Part shown: positions 13,807 through 26,572 of the stretch, piece after piece
How positions within the stretch are numbered: the first letter of the stretch is position 1
Layout of the letters: every line of letters starts with the position of its first letter
Assembly (NCBI GenBank): GCA_964016885.1
Contig: OZ024740.1
Coordinates: forward strand, 165,354,001-165,418,000
Length of the DNA stretch: 64,000 nucleotides
From: Eledone cirrhosa
Lineage: Eukaryota
Direction: 5' to 3'
Made by a program: the position numbers and the translations under genes
Notes under the pieces: generated by a model
Database searches by the model: none
The model's input: only the letters and a program-made list of their open reading frames with translations
Told to the model about the DNA's origin: nothing

Positions 13807-13873
13807 GTTTAAGCGTCAGTCATACAAAAGTGAGTTAGAAGCGAAACGAAATTTAATTTCGTTTCGTTATTTG

Positions 13874-13913
<40 letters not shown>

Positions 13914-13918
<5 letters not shown>

Positions 13919-14183
13919 ATGATATTGATAAATGGAAACTATATTTATAAAACCATATTTATTCTATTATATATACTTCAAGGGTAACAAAACTTTGGTA
14001 GGATCTCATCAGGAAAAAACTTGAACCGTTAAGATCTCGTTCCTGGATATGTCAATATTTATAAAACAAACTTTGTACTTTTTCTGATGAGTGCGCACCA
14101 AAGTTTTGGTACCCTTGAAATATATATAATAGAATAAATATGGTTTAATAAATATAATTTCCATTTATTAATATCATTGATAT
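13914..14183. repeat. Inverted pair of HHR-containing PLE-type terminal repeats
   Basis: Plus: CTGATGA(14084)..CACCAA..TTGGT..GAAATATATATA; minus: CTGATGA(14012-14006)..GAAG; same family as 61840-61990. Confidence 0.7.
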
Positions 14184-14295
14184 TATACTCCAGAAAAACT
14201 GTCGAGTGCCTCGAATCAGATATACATATATATATTTGTTCAATTACCAACAAATTAAATATCACTTTGCTTATATATATATATAAATATATATA

Positions 14296-14993
14296 TAGAA
14301 GGGTTTTAATGGATACAGTTTAGTTAAAAGGAATTTATTGACACGTGTTTCTATAACAGTTACATAACCTGAAAACAGCTGCTATCTACAAAGCATTAGT
14401 TATGCAGACATTCAATATTTCAATGTTATTATCAACTGTCATTTCATCGGAATAATTTTACTGAGGACCTGTTTGGTTTTTATAGAGAATATTAGGAGGG
14501 AGGGGTGAAGTTGTTAGAAGAATAGTTGAGGGAGTGGTTTTGTGATAGCAGTGAGAATTTTTGGTGGCAGTGAGTAATTAGATTCCCATCTGTTGTTTTG
14601 ACATTTTTATAGAATATATTATTGGTTATTTTTCTAAACCTATAGAAGGATTAGAGACAGTATAGATATGCGTGGTTGGTTTTGTGTCGCAACTTAATTA
14701 ACATTCAGGCTTAAATTTTTCTTGCAAGTGTACGTATCCTTTCGCCCACGCATTCACACACAAACATATATGCTCACCTCTACAAAATACATATACTCAC
14801 ATACACATACTTACATGCTCATACTTACATACATATACACATGCATACATATATATATATACACATATATACATATACATACATACGCATTCATGTGTAT
14901 ACATTTTCATACTCAACTTATCTTTATATACACACGTATAGACACACACATATATACACACATACTCCAGTCTATGTGTATATATATATATAT

Positions 14994-15057
<64 letters not shown>

Positions 15058-15682
15058 ACTTTAATACATGAATGCACTTACATCTAACTATACACATCAA
15101 ACATATATATATATTTACTTATTTATATACATTTTCACATATATATACATACTTATGGTCGCTTTTAGACACATTCATTATACCATATTTGCACCTATTC
15201 TCATCAGCATATCTTTCCATTATTAGTGTGGTAATTTAAGGTTATTAATATACATATATATGTTGAGAAGAGATTGTTTTTATATTTTTCTAACTAGATT
15301 GAGGTTTATATAGTTGGGGGGATGTCCCTCTTTTATGTAATATTCAGCTTGTAGTGGGAAAAAAGGGCTTTAGTTCGGTGACGGCAGAATAATGTTCGTT
15401 CAATTCTGTTATTCAGCAATTCTTCTTGTGTGGGATTATGTAATAGATCTCAATATTACACAACTTGCAGAAATTTTGGCTCCTGGAGAAGCTTTGGGTT
15501 TTAGCTAATTTCTCCCATTTTAGGGTAAACTTTTGATCGCTATCCCTGAGCGTCCTAGCTTTTTCTGCTAAATTTGTTACATTTCTTTGGCTCTGGTGTT
15601 TTATTGAGTAAGAATGCCTATATAATCGAGATTTAAACGATGTTGCCGTTGATCCCACGTAATACCACTCGTTGCCTCCGGA
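14296..15682 (-). repeat. Inverted duplicate of the 3' part of the adjacent Penelope element
   Basis: Reverse complement of 16590-18290; includes the GIY-YIG ORF copy 15413..15658 and the HHR at 14335-14455. Confidence 0.9.
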
Positions 15683-17222
15683 AAACTAGAGAACTAGAAA
15701 ACTAGAAAACTAGAAAACTAGAAAAACTACGCAAAGATATAAGAAAACTACTACTCGAAATAGGACTAACTATAGCATATGAATACAACCTTAAAGTAGT
15801 TAACTTCCTGGATGTCACACTCAATTTAAACTCTGGTCTGATTAAACCGTTTCATAAATTGAATGAAAATCTCAAGTACATAAATGTTGGGTCTAACCAC
15901 CCCATCTCTATAATTAAATCTATCCCTAAAAATATTTCCCTTAGAATCTCGGGTCTATCTTCTAACATACACGTATTTAAGGAACACGCCCAGTACTACG
16001 ATAACGCCCTTAGTAAAGCAGGCTACCTCAACAAAATAGAGTATATAGATGAGAACAATCAAAACACCCAAAATAAATCCCACATAGGTAGATATAATAA
16101 CACAACACCAAACCACACTTACTACCATAGTATACACACCAGTAAACCAACAAACAAAACTAATAGAAAGCGATGCAAAGAGTACTTATGGTATAATCCT
16201 GAATATAATAGTTCCATTAGTACAAATTTACCAGTAATCTTCTTTAAAATAATTAAGAGACATTTTCCTACATCACACAAATACCACAAAATCCTAAACC
16301 CTACCACTATAAGACTGTCATACTCTACAGCGTTAAACCTTGAACAACACATAAAAAAGATCAATACTAGAAGGTTAAACGAAAACACTAAAAACTTAAG
16401 TACAAAGAACACAAAAAAAAACAGTAGACAATACACTACAGAACATAAATAAACCACACCTAAGTTCGTCTGCAATACTACTCCAGAGAAAACCCAACGT
16501 ACACAACTGTAACTGCACCTATCCTGACAACTGCCCCCTCGGCAATAAATGCCTGGAAAAAAATATTATTTATAAGTGTACCCTTTAAATCCGGAGGCAA
16601 CGAGTGGTATTACGTGGGATCAACGGCAACATCGTTTAAATCTCGATTATATAGGCATTCTTACTCAATAAAACACCAGAGCCAAAGAAATGTAACAACT
16701 TTAGCAGAAAAAGCTTGGACGCTCAGGGATAGCGATCAAAAGTTTACCCTAAAATGGGAGAAATTAGCTAAAACCCAAAGCTTTTCCAGGAGCCAAAATT
16801 TCTGCAAATTGTGTAATCTTGAGATCTATTACATAATCATACACAAGAGGAAATTGCTGAATAACAGAATTGAACGAACATTATTCTGCCGTCACGGAAC
16901 TAAAACCCTTTTTTCCCACTACAAGCTGAATATTAGATAAAAGAGGGACCCCCCCCCCCCCAACTATATAAACCTCAATCTAGTTAGAAAAATATAAAAA
17001 CGATCTCTTCTCAACATATATATGTATATTAATAACCTTAAATTACCACACTAATAATGGAAAGATATGCTGATGAGAATAGGTGCAAATATGGTATAAT
17101 GAATGTGTCTAAAAGCGACCATAAGTATGTATATATATGTGAAAATGTATATAAATAAGTAAATATATATATATGTTTGATGTGTATAGTTAGATGTAAG
17201 TGCATTCATGTATTAAAGTGTT

Positions 17223-17285
<63 letters not shown>

Positions 17286-17288
<3 letters not shown>

Positions 17289-17455
17289 AGTTCGATTCCT
17301 GGACCAGGTGATGCGTTATGTCCTTGAGCAAGACACTTTATTTCACGTTGCTCCTTCTACCTGGAGTTGCGACCGATAGATAGTATTAGCAATTGGAAAG
17401 ACCAACGGAAACATTGTTCCCTCGGTCCGATTTGACGAAAGTCGATCGTTCCTTT
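17286..17455 (+). mobile_element. 5'-truncated CORE-like SINE inserted in (TA)n
   Basis: B-box GAGTTCGATTCC and GTCCTTGAGCAAGACACTT; second copy at about 22404-22531; absent from the left arm. Confidence 0.7.
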
Positions 17456-17458
17456 ATA

Positions 17459-17540
<82 letters not shown>

Positions 17541-17757
17541 GACTGGAGTATGTGTGTATATATGTGTGTGTCTATACGTGTGTATATAAAGATAAGTTGA
17601 GTATGAAAATGTATACACATGAACGCGTATGTATGTATATGTATATATGTGTATATATATATGTATGCATGTGTATATGTATGTAAGTATGAGCATGTAA
17701 GTATGTGTAAGTATGTGTATGTGAGTATATGTATTTTGTAGAGGTGAGCATATATGT

Positions 17758-17820
17758 TTACTCTTTTACTCTTTTACCTGTTTCAGCCATCCGACTGAGG
17801 CCATGCTGGGGCACCGCCCT
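17758..17820 (-). mobile_element. 3' tail fragment of an OR-like SINE with a TGTTT target duplication
   Basis: (TACTCTTT)2..GGCCATGCTGGGGCACCGCC; the empty site is visible in the left arm at about 14760. Confidence 0.7.
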
Positions 17821-18130
17821 GTTTGTGTGTGAATGCGTGGGTGAAAGGATACGTACACTTGAAAGAAAAATTTAAGTCTGAATGTTAATTAAGTGCAAAC
17901 ACAAAACCAACCACGCATATCTATACTGTCTCTAATCCTTCTATAGATTTAGAAAAATAACCAATAATATATTCTATAAAAATGTCAAAACAACAGATGG
18001 GAATCTAATTACTCACTGCTACCCAAAATTCTCACTGCTATCAAAAAACCACTCCCTCAACTATTCTTCTAACAACTTCACCCCTCCCTCCTAATATTCT
18101 CTATAAAAACGAAACAGGTCCTCCGTAAAA

Positions 18131-18251
18131 TTATTCCGATGAAATGACAGTTGATAATAACATTGAAATATTGAATGTCTGCATAACTAATACTTTGTAG
18201 ATAGCAGCTGTTTTCAGGTTATGTAACTGTTATAGAAACACATGTCAATAA
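18131..18251 (+). ncRNA. Type I hammerhead motif with extended stem II (second copy on minus strand, 14335-14455)
   Basis: TTATT-CCGATGA-aATGACAGTT..AACTGTTATa-GAAAC-ACAT-GTC-AATAA; the minus copy has palindromic ACACGTGT. Confidence 0.7.
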
Positions 18252-18398
18252 ATTCCTTTTAACTAAACTGTATCCATTAAAATCCTTCTATTTTTCTCCG
18301 GATTACTTTTGGAACTACAACTGGAACCGTCGAGCAAACTCTACGTGAGCTGTCCATCCACTGTGTGTAATATTTATATTACAACACTACGGAAAATA

Positions 18399-18463
<65 letters not shown>

Positions 18464-18496
18464 GAATATTTTTCGAAACAGCGAGTGGGTTTGAAA

Positions 18497-18732
18497 TTAT
18501 TAGAAATGTAGGCTATCGCCGTATTTTGACTAAAGGAAATTAAAGAAATTATTTAGCCTGATAGTGGGGTTAAGAACCCTCGGAGAAATGGAAAAAGATG
18601 AGTATTGGCGTACATGTACGTCAATACTCATCTTTTTCCATTTCTCCGAGGGTTCTTAACCCCACTATCAGGCTAAATAATATCTTTAATTTCTTTAGTC
18701 AAAATACGGCGATAGCTTACATTTCTAATAAT
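18497..18732. repeat. Fold-back element with apex GTACATGTAC at 18614/18615
   Basis: Near-perfect arms of about 118 bp; the apex is followed by GTC-AATAC. Confidence 0.85.
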
Positions 18733-18750
18733 AATAATATGTATATATAT

Positions 18751-18863
<113 letters not shown>

Positions 18864-19079
18864 GAGAGAGAGAGAGGGGGAGGGAGATTAAACATTCATG
18901 CTGCATATGATTTACTTGGAATTACTTCATTGCATTTTATATTATTCACATAGATATGATCAGAGCTGCAAAATGAAATATATATTTGGAATTTCTTATC
19001 GAGCACATTCAGTAAAAATAACCGTGAGGTGTATTTTGAAACACATGGAACATATGTCTACTGTATATACACCCCAACA

Positions 19080-19178
<99 letters not shown>

Positions 19179-20904
19179 TCCCTCTATCTCTCTCTCTCTT
19201 TCTCATACACGCATACACACACACATATGTATATATGTATGTATTTATATAGGAATACATGCAATTTTACAACATAGATATATTGAGGTATGAATACAAA
19301 AGATACACAGCGATACACATATATACAATAACTCATCTATAACAATAACTCATCCACATTTCCTGTCCAATTTGCCTCCTCTTTTTTACTACACACCCGC
19401 AAAATAATCACCAAATCAAATAAAATCCCTATGGTCACTTCATTTCAAGACGACGATCAACCCTGATGTCGTTCACTCCATCACACTCAAAAAGTGCTTC
19501 ATATCTCTCACTTTTCCTAGCGAAGCACTTCAATATTTCTCTGTCTACCAATGATTATCTCAAGTCATGGGGCTACTTGACATTGTACCTTATCATCTAA
19601 AACAGCAATCCTTCTGACTATATCTACCACCAGCCTATTACCCCTACTTTCAATATTTCAAACATGATGAATAGATTTTCGTGTGTTATCGCCCAGTGCA
19701 TTTTCCCATCTCGGTTACCACTAACAGGTTTCATAGAACAATATTTACCAGAGGTTTCTTCTACACCGCTTACAAATTACTACCCGTCCACTGGAACATG
19801 TTGAAAGTGATAGTTTTTGTGCCTGCCAACCCAATTGGCCCAAGCGATTTTCTAGTCATTTTGCCTATGAAGAGTAGCCACCACTCTCTCATCATTAAAT
19901 AAAGCCGCTTTGCATAGTAGTCAGGATATAGATTCGTGATCTTAATGTCATAAGATGGATCTCCGGACCAAATGGTGCGTTGTCTCCTTCAGTAAATTAC
20001 TTCATTTTACGTATTTCCAAATCTAAGCAGCTGTCGTGTGTTTTGAATCCTCAATCGCTTAATGCTTCAAGAATCCAGAACAACCTTTTCGGCGTTAACA
20101 CATCGCTCATCTTTAGAATCGCAAATATTATGTCGTATTCATAGAAGTGATTATCAAGAAAACCTTGGCCTATCTTAGGTTTGGTTATATACAACGCATT
20201 CTTTCATTTCTACATATAGCACTGCCCAATATATATCATTGATAAACATTATTTCAGATGTAACCCTAGAGAAGATAGAGCCATGCTTCACCGTAGAATA
20301 TTATTTAAGAATCGGAGGCTATATAGTTACTGCATGGTTATCTATTTTACACCTTTACTTCGCAACCACATGATCACCAGTTAAATGACACTGTGTTTTC
20401 ACTAGAGCCATAATTCTATAAAGTCCCTGTGAATAAAATTTAGGAGTCAGAAACACTATAGGAAGACTATAATAAAAACCGATGGGAGATTTAATCATTC
20501 TTCTGGTGTAACAACACTATCTGCCACTGTTGGAAGCATTTGGGCCAGATCTCTTGTCTGAGAAGAAATCCTTTTCTTCTGCCAACAAGTTTGACACATT
20601 ATGAAATGTTTCCATTCTCCTTTGATAAAGCTATTAACAAATAAAGCATGTAGAATAAGTCTAGGAAAATAGGCCAACAATTCACTGGTAAATATTAAAT
20701 TACAACCATTAAGTGTCAACACCTCCATCTCTATATTTTACAGTTACTAGTGTGGTTTCTGCTCTTTGAGCCACCAAACTCAGTCCAAGATTGTTCTTAC
20801 ATACACATCTGCCTATTGTCGTTTCTACAGTTTTTAGTGCTCAAAAAACGTATTATTTGATTTCGTTCGCCAACACTTTTCTGAACTTTGTGCATACGTA
20901 TATA

Positions 20905-21017
<113 letters not shown>

Positions 21018-21029
21018 CACTCTCTCTCT

Positions 21030-21064
<35 letters not shown>

Positions 21065-21619
21065 TGAGTGTCGGCTGTTGATAAACTGAACAAGATACGC
21101 TCATGGAATGATCAAATGAGGTTTAGTTTTCAACTAAACAATGCAGTTGTCACAGCTTTATCATCAATCCTTCAGACTTAGCCTATGAACCTTTCGGCCG
21201 ACCCTCGTATTTATTTATATATATATATATATATCATGCTTATGTATAAATATGTATGTGTTTCCTCTATAATTTGATCTAACTCCCGTAAGGTTAAGTA
21301 AAAATTAGGCTGTAATTGATTGCTTCTTTTAGCAATGCTATTACTCGCTATCAGTCTACTCTCCACTAACTCACTGTTTTGACCGTAAGACCACGTGATG
21401 TTTCCCGCTTTGAAAATTATAGCTAAAGTGCAATTTAGATGCACTGCTGAAAAGCACAAGCGAAACTGCAGTCGGGACTAAGGGGAGTAAATATTTATTT
21501 ATAATTGAAATTAGCTCGGATTAATTGATTATTTATTTAATTAATTCCTCTGGGCTACGAGGAAAAGTTAGATAAATGTTGTCTGTTCTTCAAATTTATA
21601 ATTATATATATATATATAC

Positions 21620-22372
21620 ATATATATAAAAGCGAGGATGTGTGTGAGTGTGTCTGTGTACAAATTTGGACAGCTAAGGCTTTTACAATTCCCAACCGAA
21701 TTTGACCAAATTTTCTGTGCACGTTGCATCTGTCGCTAAGATGGTCACAACCTATTTTCAAATCGACATTTTCAAATCGACCCACTTTGAGCAATAAAAA
21801 ATCGATAGCAAAATTATTTTTTCTAAAGTGCATGATGTAAGGGAGATAACAATGAAGACAAAATCCTTATGGGGTTTTCTATGCAAATTAAAAGTTGCAA
21901 TTACTTTTACATTTTTCGAGCTTTTTTTGCCAAATGTGAGGCAGGCATTGCCTATGCCGTCGAGGTAATACAAGAAGATTATTTTTTCTAAAGTGTGTGC
22001 TGTAAGGGAGAAATCAATCTAAAAACAATCCTTATGGGACTTTCCATTCAAACCGTTGGGACCTACAACTTTTACATTTTTAAAGTAATTTCGTCAACAT
22101 TTGAGGCAGGCATTATCTATGCTTCCAGGATATTGTGAATTTATTAAAAAAAACTATTATTACAATGAAGAAATCAGTTTAAAAAAATGTTTCCTTCATT
22201 ATCAGCATAGTTTTATGTGTACAAAGATTGCACTAAATATTCGTTTGCATTAATTATTGAAGAGATCTGCTTATTTTGACAGGTTGGGGACAAATTTTTT
22301 TTCTTTTATTTCGTAGCTGTATATTCTTAGCATAATTTCAAACCCCGGGAAATGCCGGATAAATCTGATAGT
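21620..22372 (+). mobile_element. Non-autonomous Helitron-like element
   Basis: TATATATAAAA..GTGTGT 5' end; 3' CCGGGAAATGCCGG hairpin followed by ..GATAGT (CTAG-like); internal duplication of about 165 bp (21810-21975 and 21977-22135). Confidence 0.55.
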
Positions 22373-22571
22373 ATATATATAAAAGCAATAGTGAGGTTGT
22401 CAGTTCTTGAGTAAGACACTTTATTTCACGTTGCTCTTTCTACATGGAGTTGCGATCGATAGATAGTATTAGCAATTGGAAAGACGAACCTGAACAGTGT
22501 TTCCTCGGTCGGATTTTACAAAGGTCGATCGAAAAATTTATATATAAATATATATACAGTCATACAGACAA

Positions 22572-22694
<123 letters not shown>

Positions 22695-23655
22695 CACCGG
22701 TTTGTGTGGACAGATTCTTAGCTAACGGAGACGGATCGAAAGAACTACTGCGATTTACTCTGTTTATTTCATTCAATGCCGTCAAAACACGGTTGTGACC
22801 CTTTCTGCTGAAGCTAGGGTTGCTATATTTATACTTATTTATATTTTGATATTAAATATTATATACCTACTGTTAATAGCGTGTACGCCGGGGAAAAAAC
22901 TGTATCCTTTTGTTGAATATTTCACCATTTCTTTCTTCCTATTTTATCTCTTCCCCACCTCTCTCTCTCTTTCTCTTGTATGTTGGCAGGCAAAAATAAA
23001 ATCTATGGAGCTGCGCCCGATAAGGAACTGGAGAGAGTAAGATAGGCAACACAGATTTGAAAGAAGTAAGACAAAGAAAGGTCAAATAGCAGCAGTTTAT
23101 TACCTATAACCTTGGGGGTTCTTTGAAATTAATTCATATAACATTAACGCGTTTTATTCACTGATATACGGCGAATAAAGTCTAATGCATAAAAAATATA
23201 TATATATTAAGCTACATACAAATAAACCAACCTCTCTGAACACTGTGTTTCAATGGGTGGCCATCTTAGGTATTAAATTCAACTAAGTACAAATATTTCA
23301 ATCTAAATGTATGCAAGCGATTTATATATGTGTATATATAATATGTTTATGTGTATTCTTGTCTTTACGTGTGTAAAGCGAAAAACTAGCCGTGAGGTTA
23401 ATAAGCCGTTCTTAATGATTTGTTTCGTTGGGAATTCTTTGCACTTCAGTACAGCTTCACTGCACCGTTGATCTATAGAATAGACTATATCACACATACA
23501 CAAACATGGTTATTCATGCACACGTATAGATAGAGCCATTCACAAGTATGCCCACTTATAAATACACTCAGAGTCAAGTACCTAACCTCATGAACAGAAG
23601 TATACAGAGAAGAATAACGGAGGTAGGTATAAAGGTAATGTTTGAGAGAGTGTGA

Positions 23656-23750
<95 letters not shown>

Positions 23751-24166
23751 CTTTATTAATTTTCTCCATACACTTCTGTCTACGAGGCTATGATATTATA
23801 TTCAAAATAATATAATAGAGTAAATCATATTACTTTTATTGTTTTACTGGTTCAATTATTATATATTGCTACAAGCAATATATTAAACATACACATCGTT
23901 ACTAGTCGTTTCATGATTGAAATGAAAGGATATCCAATTAATCATTGTGACCTCGTAGAAAGACACAGAAACGAATATATTTTGCTCGAAATGCCAATGG
24001 TCTCCTCTCAAGCACTATGAATTTGATATATCATACGCGGAACAGCAGTACTGAAACATCTAAGTTTATCTGGTTAGGTTCCTTCATATTTTCATGATAC
24101 AATTTTTCAGAGGAATAAAGAGGAAACATATTCAATAAAAACGCTTAGATGAAGATTTGAGATTAT

Positions 24167-24390
24167 TTATACTTTGGACGAGAGAAAAGGTTTTGAGAGA
24201 TCTTGGGCAAAAAGAGTTTTTGTGTTAGTAGAATAGTGCCGGTGGGTGTTAGGGTGTGCAAAGAAATGGGAGTGTCTAAACATAGAAACGAGGTTGTTAT
24301 AGGAAGAGTGGTTCACTTTAATATTGTATTCATCACAGAGCTTGTGGTACTTATGTGTTTTTAGCTTCTTGTCGTATGACATGAATAAGG
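24167..24390 (-). mobile_element. Decayed Naiad-like Penelope linker fragment
   Basis: THKYHKLCDEYNIKVNHSSYNNL. Confidence 0.45.
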
Positions 24391-24391
24391 G

Positions 24392-24770
24392 TTAGGGAGG
24401 CAGGTCGAGATTTCTGAGCCAGACTACGACGACATTTGTAGTATCATGAACTTCCTCCATTCTGCCTGGAAAATGTCCGAGGGGGCAATCTCTAACAACA
24501 TATTGCACTGTCTGGTCAGGTTCCCCACAGTCACAGGATGTGCTGACTTTCATTTTCCATCGATAGAGATGATGGACTGCCCCGGAAGGTTTTTTTCTTA
24601 TCCGATTAAGGGACACCCATTGCTTTCTAGGAAGGTCAAAACCGGTTGTTACTGCGTATAGAGGCAAGGATGTTTACAGTTGCCTGACAATTAATTATAC
24701 TACAGACCTCCAGAAGGAGGCCACGTCTCCACACAGTATCGTATGCAGAAGAGAAGTCGGCAATTAGAAT
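24392..24770 (-). mobile_element. C-terminal fragment of a non-LTR ORF2
   Basis: GFDLPRKQWVSLNRIR..CDCGEPDQTVQYVVRDCP (degenerate CCHC). Confidence 0.6.
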
Positions 24771-26493
24771 AGTATCTGGCACACTAAATGTAAAAACCAA
24801 CTCAATGGCTTACTATTCTTTCTCATATAGCTCCTTCTCACATGCGGCTTCCAAGTCCAAGCCCGACCTTCTCATCCATGAAAACCTGGAAAACCTTCCC
24901 AACATGCGCTTGAAATCATGCAAACAATACTGAGCTGAATGATTCCCAATCAGCCTACCTGGAGTTTCACCGTGGTAATGGCTTGGATTGTACTACAGAA
25001 ATTGCAATGCTGATGTGTTTGACAGGGCATCTATTGATTGATTTGGAGAGGTAGCAGATGTCTGGGTTGTAATGCTTCTTATGAGTAATAATATGAGGGT
25101 GCCTTGCTAAAGATACAAGGTTTCTAACGATATTAGTAGTGGCATCTATTATGAAATGGGTTACAAGAATTCCTGGTTAGCGTGTCATTATAGAGAATGG
25201 TGGGTGGCCTTGCCGAATATTTCCTATCAGAGAACATATGTTCTGCTTATATCTGCTATTAGGTTCCAAAGTTTAGCTTGCTGGATTTCACAAGTAAGTA
25301 TACACCTCCTCGTTTCGCTTTCTAATGTAATGCTCATCTATCTTTAAATCTGGTTTAATATTTACGTTAGCGGTCGTTAAATTTGTGGTGTTAGTTATTT
25401 TGAAGCCAAACGCATTGAACACGCCTATCGGCATATGTTCTAAAGCTGATATTTGTGATGAATTTCGTTATTTTTAAGGTGTTGAAAAGGGGCATAAGTG
25501 ATCGTTTCATTGCCTAGCAATAACTGGTTGATCTCCTTTTTTCCACATCTATCTATCTTTTATTTATCCACAATATATTTAGGGCTAGATTACTCAATAT
25601 TTCTTTCCTTTCTTAAGATGGTATGGTGTTATTCGAGAGAGAATTGTTGTACGATTTCTGCTAAGATGAGATGCCATTTAGACACTCCTTCGTTGGCTCT
25701 ATGAGAAAGACTGAGCAGATTAGGATGAAATGAAATAAGAAAAATCTGTGGAAAGGGAGGCTGAATAAAAACCTTGGAGAAACAAGAAATGTAGATTAAG
25801 TGTGAGAAAGTAAAATGGTGTGAAGATAACACGAAGATTAGAAATGCTTAGTTTCAAAGAAACGTCATCGTGTTAGATAAGGAGTAGCATACAAGGGAAA
25901 TAGAGTAAACGGGAGACGTCTGAAAGACAAGGAAGAAAACTGGACAAGTCTGGTGAAAGAAAGGGGTGACAAAATATATTCTAATGAAGAAAAGGTGGAT
26001 GAAGATTAAAAACTAACAGAGACATATAAACAGTTGTATAAGGATAAATCTATATAAGTGCCTGTGTGTTTCTGAGTGTGTGAGAGCGTGTGTGTGGCCG
26101 TGAGTTTGTGAGAGAGTGTGTGTAGGCGTGAGTCTGTTTATGCGGGACCGCAAAAAATATAAATAGATCTCTGCTAGTTTCAAGGAAGTGTGTTCAGGTT
26201 TTTCGTACAATCAAACAAAATGTATGGTGGTAAAAATGCGGAGCATTTAATAAAACAGGTGTGTAACATTTGAGAAGATACATTAAACGAGGGTCATAAA
26301 ACTGGCCCTGTTAATTCTGAATTACTGAAACAATCCATCCGACGGTTTCTGTCTACGCAATATCACTCACAATGTTTCAGCTGAGTCAAAGCTATAGCAT
26401 TGACGAAGAAGCTCAACCGTAGGGCTGGACCGGGGATTGCAATGATATAGTAACCCTCTTAATCATTCATCCCATCACATGCTATCCCTCACA

Positions 26494-26572
<79 letters not shown>

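Larger units (their letters stand above)
15721..18400 (+). mobile_element. 5'-truncated Naiad-like Penelope element (RT end, linker, GIY-YIG endonuclease, 3' terminal repeat)
   Basis: VNFLDVTLNL, YINVGSNHP, WYNPEY..HFPTSHKYHKILN, CNCTYPDNCPL, YYVGSTATSFKSRLYRH, CKLCNLE; stops and frameshifts present. Confidence 0.85.

Noticed and set aside
16500-16830. Selenocysteine (in-frame TGA) recoding reported for some Naiad PLEs
   Set aside because: The conserved Cys codons checked here and at about 13330-13370 and 29225-29270 are TGT/TGC; no SECIS was recognised
20495-20728. 77-aa ORF in non-repetitive sequence
   Set aside because: No recognisable motif or clear splice signals
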